NCBI GenBank assembly: GCA_043228905.1
Contig: JBHGNT010000658.1
Span: forward strand, 1 to 18,217
Source of the DNA: Azolla caroliniana
Taxonomy: Eukaryota; Plantae; Polypodiophyta
Direction of reading: 5' to 3'
DNA: 18,217 bases
In this document: piece by piece, positions 9,030 to 18,217 of the stretch
Numbering within the stretch: position 1 is the first letter of the stretch
Layout of the letters: the number at the start of each line of letters is the position of its first letter
The notes under the pieces: model-generated
Told to the model about the DNA's origin: nothing
The model's input: the letters and a program-made list of their open reading frames with translations, nothing else
Databases searched by the model: none
Translations under genes and position numbers: made by a program

Positions 9030-9305
9030 TGTTGAGAATCGAACTCAACTTCCCATAGGGACAATGTTCACACTAGTCAGTGGACAACTTACTAGGATAG
9101 ATTTGTAATTAGTTGAAAGGGCATTTGCCCTATACTAGTTGGTATTTAAACCAACCTTTTGTAAGTGAGTAATTGTTGGAGGTAATATACAACTTTCTTG
9201 TTTAGGCTCTCTCTCTCTCTCTCTCTCTGTTGCATCACATGCACATACACTCACACACAAAGCTCACTTCTGCTACATAGCACCATCTATGCCTATCATT
9301 CTTCA
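9030..9305 (+). repeat. 3' LTR of Copia B (~276 bp)
   Basis: Starts TGTTGAGAA after the PPT; ends CATTCTTCA (compare A end CTTTCTACA); TATTTAAA ~9143; element C RT codons (RYKYLS..PNYKAQLV) resume at 9306. Confidence 0.8.
9207..9228. repeat. (CT)11 microsatellite in LTR B
   Basis: Read directly from the sequence. Confidence 0.95.
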
Positions 9306-10713
9306 TAGATACAAATATCTATCTTGTTTGGATCCACCCAACTATAAAGCTCAACTCGTCGTGAAGGGATAGAAACAAGAACATGACATCCACTACGATG
9401 AGATTTTCTCTCCCTTAATCAAGATGACGATCCTTCAGTCCCACTTAGGAGTCATTGTGACCAAAGATCTAGATCTTGAACAAATGGACGTAAAAGCAAC
9501 TTTCCTACACAGAGATTTAGAGGAAGACATCCATATGTCTCAACGAGCAAGCTTCACAGCAACGGGGGAGGAGAATCACTTTGTATGCCGACTGAAGAAA
9601 AGACTTTACGGCTTGAAACAGTTGTGGAGATTTTGGTACCAAAAATTCAATTCCCACAATCGGTAGCTTGGATACAACCGGTCCGACTCCAAACCTTGTA
9701 TGTATGTTCGGGAATTATCCAATGAGTCCAAGATATACCTGATCCTTTACGTTGACGACATCGCAAGGAGTGATAGGGCCAAATTTAGGAAGCTAAAGCA
9801 AGAACTTCACGAGAAAATCCCGATGAAGGAACTCAGAGAGGCCTGACACAACTTGGGATGAGGATAGAGTGAGACAGGACAAAGAAGATCCTACAACTCT
9901 CCCAATCCAACTACATCCGAAAAGTGCTAAGACGATTCAACATGGATATGTTGAAGCCCGCACTGACACCGCTCCCGATGTGTATCCAACTATTGGGCAG
10001 AGAATCTCCCTCCATAGAGGTTGAGAAAGAGCCAATGTGACATATTCCCTATGCATGTATGCGATCGTAGCCACTCATCCCGAGCTTGCATATGTCGTAG
10101 GAGCTACCAGTCGCTACATGTCTAATCTCGGAAAGAAGCACTAGGAAGCAATGAAACACATATTCAGATACCTTCGGGGAACCGAGAGTATGCATATGAC
10201 ATTCGGCTCTAATCATCCGACCAAAGTTGAAGGCCTCACCAACTCCGATTATGTCGGCAATCTCGACAATCAGAAGTCAACGTCAGGCTACGTTTTCACC
10301 TACGGAGGTGGAGCAATTTCATGGAGGTCGAAACTCCAAGAATGTACGACACTCTCTACAACAAAGGCCAAATACATTTTCACGTTGGAGGCAGCAATGG
10401 AAGCAATTTGGTTGCAACGGCTATTGGCTGACTTTTCGGCTAAGAGACAAATCGTCCAAAATACTCCGGCCTTGTATTGTGACTTACAGAGTGCAATTCA
10501 TCTTGGATTCTTGTGCAGAGCCCCATTTATCACTCGAAGACGAAGCACATAGAGGTGAGGTATCATCATATTCAGGAGTTTGTCACTGATCAAAATCTTG
10601 AAGTCTGAAAAGTCGATACCAAGGTGAACATCGTCGATAGCCTAGCGAAGCCGCTCCTGGATCACCACTTTAGAGCACTAAGGAGCCAAATGGGACTATA
10701 TCAATCTGAGTAG
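9306..10713 (+). pseudogene. Copia C pol remnant (RT-RNase H), many stops and frameshifts
   Basis: YKAQLVVKG*KQEH, LYGLKQ, YVDD 9748-9759, KSTSGYVFT, LYCDLQSAIHL, KHIEVRYHHI, NIVDSLAKPL; ends at TAG 10711-10713. Confidence 0.9.
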
Positions 10714-11130
10714 AACATGGAGGCCGAATAACCCATAGAACCCAAAGGAGCCAAAAGGCCGAAAGATAATTGAAGGGCTAAAAAAGCCAAAAGCCGATCA
10801 CAGGACCAAAAGGGTCGAAAGGGGGAAAGAATACTGAAAGCCAAGTCAGTTGATTGAGCCAGAGATCCAATGAGTTGACCAAGCCGAAGGGTCGAAATTC
10901 CAAGATAGAAGGGCTAAAGGCCATAGGACTAAAGTACCGACCCAACCTGATTCGACCACTTCTGATTTGAGAATTAGCCCCTTCACTTGTAAATTCAAAT
11001 TGTAATTCAAATTGAAATTGTATTTAAAGTTTACAAGGGAGATCACCCCTACATTATTATAAGTAGTCATTTTACAAGGGTAATAAAAGCGTTACTAAAA
11101 ATAAATAAAAAGTCATTTTACAAGGGAGTT

Positions 11131-11418
11131 TGTTGGGATAAAAGTCCCACTCTACCCATGTTGTATCTTCTTAGTGTGAACACTTCCTAAGGGAGTTAGG
11201 GCTTAGTTGCCCTAAGTATAAATATATGGGAATAAGTCTTGTAATACAGTTCGGCGGGATTTTGAATAGTATTAGTCTCATTCTCATACTCTAACTATGT
11301 AACTATCTTTCTCCACCTCTCTTGTATATCTTTGTTGAGATTAAACAATGCACCTTCTATTCTACTTGTCTACATGCTTGCTCATTCCCATTAACAAGAT
11401 CCATATTCATATTCCACA
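11131..11418 (+). repeat. 3' LTR of Copia C (~288 bp)
   Basis: TGTTGGGA start after the PPT; TATAAATA ~11217; end CATATTCATATTCCACA matches the PBS-defined end of LTR D (CATATTATATTCAACA). Confidence 0.78.
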
Positions 11419-11468
11419 CAAGTCGACCAATCACACATCAGTCGACTCAAGGCACATATTCAACCTTC

Positions 11469-11580
11469 AAGGAGTGTAGAGAGTGTTATACTTCAGAGAG
11501 TATCATGCAATGGAAGAGGCCTCTTTTTATTACATTGTAGGAGTGTGGAGAGTGTTATTCTTCGCAAAGTAGCATGCAAT
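11469..11580. repeat. Imperfect ~42-bp direct repeat x2
   Basis: AGGAGTGTAGAGAGTGTTATACTTCAGAGAGTATCATGCAAT versus AGGAGTGTGGAGAGTGTTATTCTTCGCAAAGTAGCATGCAAT, about 69 bp apart. Confidence 0.8.
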
Positions 11581-11837
11581 CAAGCCCTTTTGAAGTACAA
11601 GGAACATTTCTTACCTAACTCATGCATTGGCACTTGTCACATGCCTAATTAACCAAGTGCATGCAATTTTGAACTTTGGCCCACCATATGTCATTGTACC
11701 ACAATTTCCAGGTTGTACCATATGTCATTGAACTTTGGCTCTTGTATTTTGGGAAATAAGAAAGGGGTTTTAAAGTTTGAGGCTAGGGTCTTAAATGTTG
11801 GTAGATGATGGGGCAGGGTAATGTGGCAACTAATGTA

Positions 11838-12896
11838 CTAGTTGACATGGGGTAGCTGACATGGCATTTTAGCGGCAATGTTGACTTCCTCAAAATAGAC
11901 CTTCCTTGAACTAGGGCTTTCCTTGGTTTGAGGAAAGTTTTCCTTTGACCTTAAAATGCTTGAAGATGGGCCCTCCTTTGAGGAAATAAATTCATTGAAA
12001 TCACAAATCTATCCACTTTTGTCGGACATTGGTCTCAGTCTTCTTGATTGATTTGACTCTTATAATCTGAAATTCATTCTTCTCGCTTAGATCTTGGAAT
12101 CATGTCTTGAAAATTCTTTCACGACCCTAACAATGATCCCCTCGTCTAGGTGTGTCGAATCCTTTGGTGTGAAACTCCGATATCCATCTTTCGTCGATTT
12201 CACATATATTTGCACACCATGCTTAGTTTTACAAGCCAAAAAATTCTTTGCAATCCTTGTTCAATCATGATTTACACAAAACAACACGCCACCTTTTGTC
12301 ATCATTGCTCTTGCCTACCTTCTTGATTCACAATTCCAAGCTCAATTTAAAAGTTTTGGCAATGTTTCTACCTTAATTCACATTTATCTTCGAGAAATCC
12401 TGCCACATTCTTTCTCAGTATGACCTTCATCCTAACCTTCAACCCATCATAAACCTAGAGTTTGATGCTTTTCCCCCCATGAGCACACCACATAATGATA
12501 GTGTCTCCTTTCCAAAAAGTGAAACATCTCCCAAATCCTCCCCCAAGCCAATTCATTGTTATAGATCACGTTTTCATTGTTTGCTAAGTTATACAAGGTA
12601 ACGACATCAATGAAATTACCTTTGACTCTCATGCAAGTTTCGCCTACCTATAGTCACAACACCAATGCAATGTCCTTGATTCATGGAAATTTAGCATGGT
12701 GGCCCATTTAAATTTCACAATGTGTAGTTTGTCTTATTGAAGATTCTTGTCTAATATTATTAGAGATTGTGGAATTGGCCCACCAAGATTCCTACTTCCC
12801 ATTCTTGACATCATCTTCACTAGTTTCATAAGGAATCACATTCAACTTCAATGAAATCGCCTCTTCCAAAACTCCTGGATGAAAACGATAAACCAT
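11838..12896 (-). pseudogene. Possible decayed ORF of unknown origin
   Basis: Frame from ATG 12896 (MVYRFHPGVLEEAISLKLNVIPYETSEDD) contains track ORF 12447-12632 and has ~15 stops in ~350 codons; upstream TATATAA (13079-13073) and TTGTAG just before the ATG. No recognisable domain. Confidence 0.25.
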
Positions 12897-15092
12897 CTAC
12901 AACTTTAAGATCACGAAAAACTGTTGTATGGAAAATAGAGAATGTAAAGGTTAATCAAGACGAAAAACTATGGTACAAACATAGATTAACTTATATTGTA
13001 AAATCATGGTGCCAAATTTCCAAAACACATTTACAATAAAGAATGATACAATTGGAGCTCCTGAGTCCTATCTTATATACATCTAAACAAATAACTAACC
13101 ATTTCTCTAACTAAGGTTGGGTTGTTAATCCTAACGCAAACACTAGCCCCATCTACAACATTAAATGAACTACTCTTTTGGTAGACTACACTCAAGAGGG
13201 CGGTTGTTGGTTGTTTAATAAACGACAAATAACTAACACCTTGTTTCATATGTTATAGAGAATATCCATGGTACATGAGCTCCTAGGATTCACACAAGAC
13301 ATTGTGTGGACAAAAGGTGTCGCACCTTTTAGGGCAACATTTAGTTCAAAGGTAGAGACTCATCCAAGAAAAGGAGCCTAGTTGAGTATATTGCCCTACT
13401 ATGGTCAAGAGATAAGAGGATGATAGAAAATGAATAAGCCTTGACACTTAGTTGACCAAATTCTATCTTACAAAAAACATTATTAACTAGCTAAAAGTGG
13501 AGATATTGACTCTAATTAATAAAATAACAATATTGCTCAAGAGTTCTTCCTCTATTAATGTTTGGCAAAACCCTTTGTACAAGGCGAAGTACCATTGGAT
13601 AGTGCACATCGAATTCCACATCACCCTTGATTCTTTTAATATGTTCTTAAGACAAATTAATGTATTTCTCAAGTTTCGATATGAAAAATACCACTTTAAT
13701 ATAACTATGTATTGTAGTATAGCTAGATTCCTATAAATATCTATTTCCATTGTATGGATAACAAAGCACCAAACCTTCAAGAAAATCATCCACCATTTAT
13801 ATGCATGCCATATAATGCCAAACTAGGCTTCATGACTTCATGTGCATCAAGAGTCATTACAAAAGGAATGTACACTTTTCTAGTTGAAAGGAATATATCA
13901 CTAGTAGTATCCTTGTGCTCCTCAAAATTTTCACAAAAGTTTCAACATTATTTAGTTTTGCGTTATGTTCTATTTTACTAGACCCATGATCCTTAGCTTT
14001 AGTAGATGATTTTTTTTAAGTTATTACTAATGGAGACAAGAAAATCTACCTTCGAAACAATTGGCAATGCAAGTTCCTCCATGAAATTCAAAATGCCTCA
14101 AGGTCAAATGAAAGACATGTTTCATCTCAGCCCTTACAACATGTAAATCTTGCATAAAGGCAATAAATGAGAAATTAATGCATCATTGAGTAGTATGTGA
14201 TGCTCACAAGAATTGTCAAATATATAGATCAACAATAGTGCCTTCCAATTAATCATTGCAATAAGAAGTGCCACTCATTGGGGAGGGGCTATAAAATGCA
14301 TAATTCTATCACATGAGCTCAAGAGAGGTATTTAAAAATTCTATTTCTATATACATTAATCATATATTCAAAGGTGTGAAGGTGTAACTATGGATTGAAT
14401 GAATGATAAAGGGAGTATATTTAACTCATGAAAACTTCGAAATTTGGTGTTTTAAACAAAACTTAATCACACATTATATAGAATGGTTTACATATATAAT
14501 GATCCCTCGAGTGATAGCCATACATTTGGTACAACGTTGATGTTGATTTCAATGGTCAAAAATTTAAATCAATAGGTAAAACTCATGAACTACATAACAA
14601 GTGCCCAAAAAGTCTATAACATGTCTTAGGAGTAAAGGATCAAGTTTAGAATGAATATCTAAAAGCCCAGGGCCCAATTTTGTTTCTCAATAGAGAAGAA
14701 ATAAATGTCACTTCATCGACATTAGATCCCTATGTGTAATACATGAGACTAATGTTATCTCCATTGTCCTCTTTTATTTTTTGAATTCAAATTCGTTGGG
14801 ATGAATAACACCGCAAATATTATCAACAATTATCACAAATAAGATGACTTGAATGTCTCGAGTTAATAGGTGAATGCCTCAAGATAAAGCATGACTTGTC
14901 AATGGGCCAAAGGGAGCATATCGATAATGAGAGAAAAAGAAACATATGATTGAACCTTTTTTGGGTGTCGACAAATATTTTTGTTATTGTAGTGGGCCAA
15001 ATGAAAGATTTAATATTCTTGGCTTCTTTTGCTTAAACCAGCTTCCACATTGAACATCAAGAGCCATTTTAGAAACAACACCACACAACGGG

Positions 15093-15363
15093 TGCATTGG
15101 CATAAAAGGCCGACTCTTTCCAAATTGTATCCTTAAGTGTGAACACGTCCCCAAGTTAGGCTTGATTATATATATAAGCCCAAATGTAACATTGTAGTGA
15201 GAGAGTTATAAAATAACAAGTTTCCATTAGAGCTTCATTTGAGTTATCTTGCTACTTACTTTTCTTCATATTGTGCATATTCTACTTCTCTGTCTTGCAC
15301 ACATTGTTTGTCTAACATCACCTTGCAAGTTCTCACATATTCTTCTGCATATTATATTCAACA
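15093..15363 (+). repeat. 5' LTR of Copia D (left boundary approximate)
   Basis: Ends TTCAACA 2 nt before the PBS; 15095-15131 matches the first 37 nt of LTR C at 28/37; shared AGTGTGAACAC block; TATA-like TATATATAA ~15169. Confidence 0.7.
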
Positions 15364-15365
15364 AT

Positions 15366-15377
15366 TGGTATTAGAGT
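15366..15377 (+). promoter_or_regulatory. Degenerate tRNA-iMet PBS of Copia D
   Basis: TGGTATTAGAGT equals TGGTATCAGAGC with two C>T changes. Confidence 0.85.
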
Positions 15378-15463
15378 GACCTTGTTGTTCGGCGACAACG
15401 AACAACAGAAAGTTGAGAAGGAGGAATAGTTGACAACAGTCGAAGTCGAGGAATAGTCGATCA

Positions 15464-18217
15464 AGTGTTTTCTACGCCCATTGCAGAAAAACTAGTCACA
15501 ATGCTTCGACTGCTTGTCAATAAAAATAAGGGAAAACGGTGGGCGATTCGATCGGACACAAGGACACTCTAATTCGAACCGTCTACTACTGGCAACCAAG
15601 TAAATGTTGTTGACTCCCGATTGGGAGAAATCCTTTATGTGGAGGAGTCTACAATCGGAGAAGTCCTAGCGCATGACACACCAACATGGTTGTTGGACTC
15701 GAGCGCCACTTTTCACGTGACCCCCAAAATCGAATAGTTTTCGAACTATTCAACTAAGGCCCGCGGCATAGTTCGATTCGGCAATGGGCAAGACTGCGTA
15801 ATAGCAGGGATCGGCAAGATCCCCATTCAATTGTCGAACGACAATTCAATCATCCTGCACCAAGTTTAAGGAAATATGAAAATCGACTTTGGATACAAGT
15901 ACAACAACTTGTACCCATTGATGGCGATCATGATGTGAACGTAGCCGATTCGTCATAATCGAACTTATGGCATGGCCAACTCAGCCATATGTCACAAGCC
16001 GGATTGGGCCGACTTATTGCAATCGGCTACATCTCAAAGCTCTAGACAAAGACAGAATTCTGTGAGCCTTGTAATTATGGGAAATAGATCCAAAGTTCAC
16101 ACTCTCTCCATTATGAGACAATACGATAGCCCCTAGAACTGGTCCACACCGATATCTGTGGGTCGATGCTTGAAAGGTCACTACGAGGCTCTCGGTACTT
16201 CATCACATTCGTAGATGACTCTACACGGAAGGTCTAGGCCTACTCGATTAGGTCGAAAGATGAAGCGCTCGACGTCTTCTCTCGGTGGTCAGCCGAAGTA
16301 GAGAACCGATTAGTTCACCGAGTGAAGACACTCTAGTCTAACAACGGAAGTGAATACACCTCCCGAACGTTCAAACAATAGCTGTCTGAAAAAGGGATTC
16401 AGCACCAAAAGATCATTCCTTACACTCCCATGCAAAACGATGTGGCGGAACGGATCAATCGAACGGTCCAGCAGAGAGTGACGACAATGCTCCAACAATT
16501 TGAACTAAAGCTGGAATTTTGGGCTGAAGCGTTGTAAATGGATGTTTATTTGATCAATCTCTCACCATCAAGAGCAATCCGGCTCAAAGTGCCACATGCA
16601 CTATGGTCTGGCAAAAAGCTGACCTACGATAGGCTTCGTACATTCGGATGCAAAGCCTACTTATTCATCCCCAAGGATAAGAATACCAAGCTAGCACCCC
16701 ATGCACTTAAGTGTATATTTCTTGGCTACGACATAAACGGTGACTTCAACTATCGGCTATGGGATACAGAGAACTGGAAATTGATTCGGAGCAGCAACGT
16801 GGTTTTCAATGAAGACTCAATACTCTCTAACTGAACACAATGAAAGAAAATATCTAGAAAGGTCTCATTTGACCTTGATAAATCGGTCGAAGAAGGGCCA
16901 GCCGACTAGGTGAATCAGAGACTCGACAAACAATTGAAGACGACCAAGCTAGCGACCCCCCTATCGAACCCGAATTAGTTAAAGGTCCATTAGTTGAATT
17001 CGATTCGACTAAAAGGTCGACAAGGGCCTAATCAGCAAAAATAGTTGAATGGGTTGAAGAGGGAAAATCAAGAAGAGCCGATAAAACCAAAGGGCTGCAT
17101 CGGCAAGAGCCGAATCGTTCAACCTAGGCACAACCGAAAAAGGCAGAGTTGATATAGATAGAGTTGAAGTAGACATAGTCAAATTGACCAAATCACCCAA
17201 GGTGCCGAAAGACCAATCCAAACCGACCAAGGCACCAATCCCTCTGTCAATTGATCCCGAAGAAGGGGAGGATGATTCAACATCACTGAAATCGTATTTT
17301 AGAAATCTGGACGAGTTAGATAACCAACAGAGTTTTATCAACTAGGCCTTGACTACGTCAATTATACGAATGTAGGCAAACCCAGCTTGTACGAGGAAGT
17401 TGTAGTCTCACCGAATGCTGACACATGGCTCGAAGCCATGAGATCCAAGATGGACTCGAACATGCGAACAAGACATGGGAGTTGGTCGAACTACTAGTTG
17501 GACGGAAGCCACTATCGTGCAAATGGGTCTACCAAAACAAATATGTATCTGGTTCGGAACGACCCAAGTACAAAGCTCGGCTCGTCGCCAAAGGTTTCAA
17601 ACAGGAACATGGGGTTGACTATGATGAGATCTTCTTGCCAATAGTCAAAATAACCACCCTTAGGTGACGACGAACGACCTAGAGCTTGAGCAGCTTGACG
17701 TCAAAACGACCTTCCTACATGGAGATCTTGACGAAGACATCTACATTTCTCAACCAGCATGCTTCACGGTGACGGGGGAGCAAGGTTGTCTCATCTACAA
17801 ACTAAATAAGAGCCTATATGGCCTCAAGCAAACGCCGAGAATGTGGTATCAGAAGTTCGATACCTACATCCGGTAGCTCAGCTACAGTCGGTCGAACTTC
17901 GACCCATGCATGTACATCCGACAACTGGTCAACGAGTCCTGGATCTACATGATCTTGTATGTCGACAAAATGTTGATTGCAGGGAGCAATCAAGCAAAAA
18001 TCAGAAGACTAAAGCGGAGCCTTTACGATAAATTTTCGATGAAGGAACTTGGACAAGCCCGACATATCTTGGGCATGATGATTGAGCAAAATCGGATGAC
18101 GAAGATCTCCAACTCTCCCAATCTGATTACATCTAAAAGGTGCTTAGAAGGTTTCACATGGAGAACGCTAAGTTGCCATTGACTCTGCTCCCGATGTCAA
18201 CATGACTAACAGACATG
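15464..18217 (+). pseudogene. Copia D gag-pol remnant (knuckle, protease, integrase, RT), multiple stops and indels
   Basis: Knuckle remnant (Y)AHCRKTSHNA-DC 15473-15513; protease TWLLDSSATFHVTP ~15685-15726; HHCC LWHGQLSHMS..FCEPC; integrase LELVHTDICG, YFITFVDD, SNNGSEY, VAERINRT, KCIFLGY; [30 protein letters not shown]. Confidence 0.93.

Larger units (their letters stand above)
7335..9305 (+). mobile_element. Ty1/Copia element B, 3' part, internally deleted, related to A
   Basis: Integrase C-terminus, RT and RNase H remnants; PPT AAAGGGGCG 9021-9029; LTR 9030-9305. Pol motifs closely parallel A (GWH, HYFLGIEVI, RQLIGSLIYLTIT, LRG end). Confidence 0.92.
9306..11418 (+). mobile_element. Ty1/Copia element C (Tork/Tnt1-like motifs), 3' part, decayed
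   Basis: RT DLDLEQMDVKATFLHRDLEEDI; RNase H GGAISWRSKLQECTTLSTTKAKY; PPT AAGGGAG 11122-11128; LTR 11131-11418. Lineage label inferred from motifs only. Confidence 0.9.
15093..18217 (+). mobile_element. Ty1/Copia element D (related to C), gag-deleted, truncated by right window edge
   Basis: LTR, PBS, zinc-knuckle remnant, protease, integrase, RT in Copia order; RT motifs parallel those of C. Confidence 0.92.

Noticed and set aside
13595-13640. Minus-strand IKGDVEFDVHYP resembling the start of an ABCB nucleotide-binding domain
   Set aside because: No Walker A/B or ABC signature nearby; too short to support.
14794-15092. Alternative LTR D start at CGTTGGGATG
   Set aside because: Only a short match to LTR C, whereas extended homology begins at ~15095. 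Not fully excluded.
17009-17341. 110-aa minus-strand ORF
   Set aside because: Antisense to the low-complexity integrase-RT linker of Copia D.

Overview
Eukaryotic, most likely land-plant, repetitive DNA made almost entirely of nested LTR retrotransposons; no intact host gene, RNA gene or CRISPR array is visible. Left to right: (1) a young Ty3/Gypsy (chromovirus-like) element on the minus strand (1-4038) with a 474-bp 5' LTR, a tRNA-iMet PBS, a ~1.75-kb structured leader and an uninterrupted gag-protease-RT ORF running off the left edge; it is inserted into (2) Ty1/Copia element A (4039-7334), whose RT also carries (3) an 822-bp solo LTR with a GAGTA target-site duplication and a 54-bp double-hairpin tandem array. 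A sits in the integrase of (4) Copia B (7335-9305), which sits in the RT of (5) Copia C (9306-11418). An AT-rich unassigned interval (11419-15092) has traces of decayed minus-strand coding sequence. (6) Copia D (~15093-18217), related to C, has lost nearly all of gag. I found no convincing new biological system. The best leads are the four-deep nest, the Sirevirus-like duplicated PPT and palindromic U3 motifs plus a read-through Pol tail in a non-Sirevirus-looking Copia, the solo-LTR hairpin array, and the hairpin-rich, possibly spliced Gypsy leader. All alignments and translations were done by eye.
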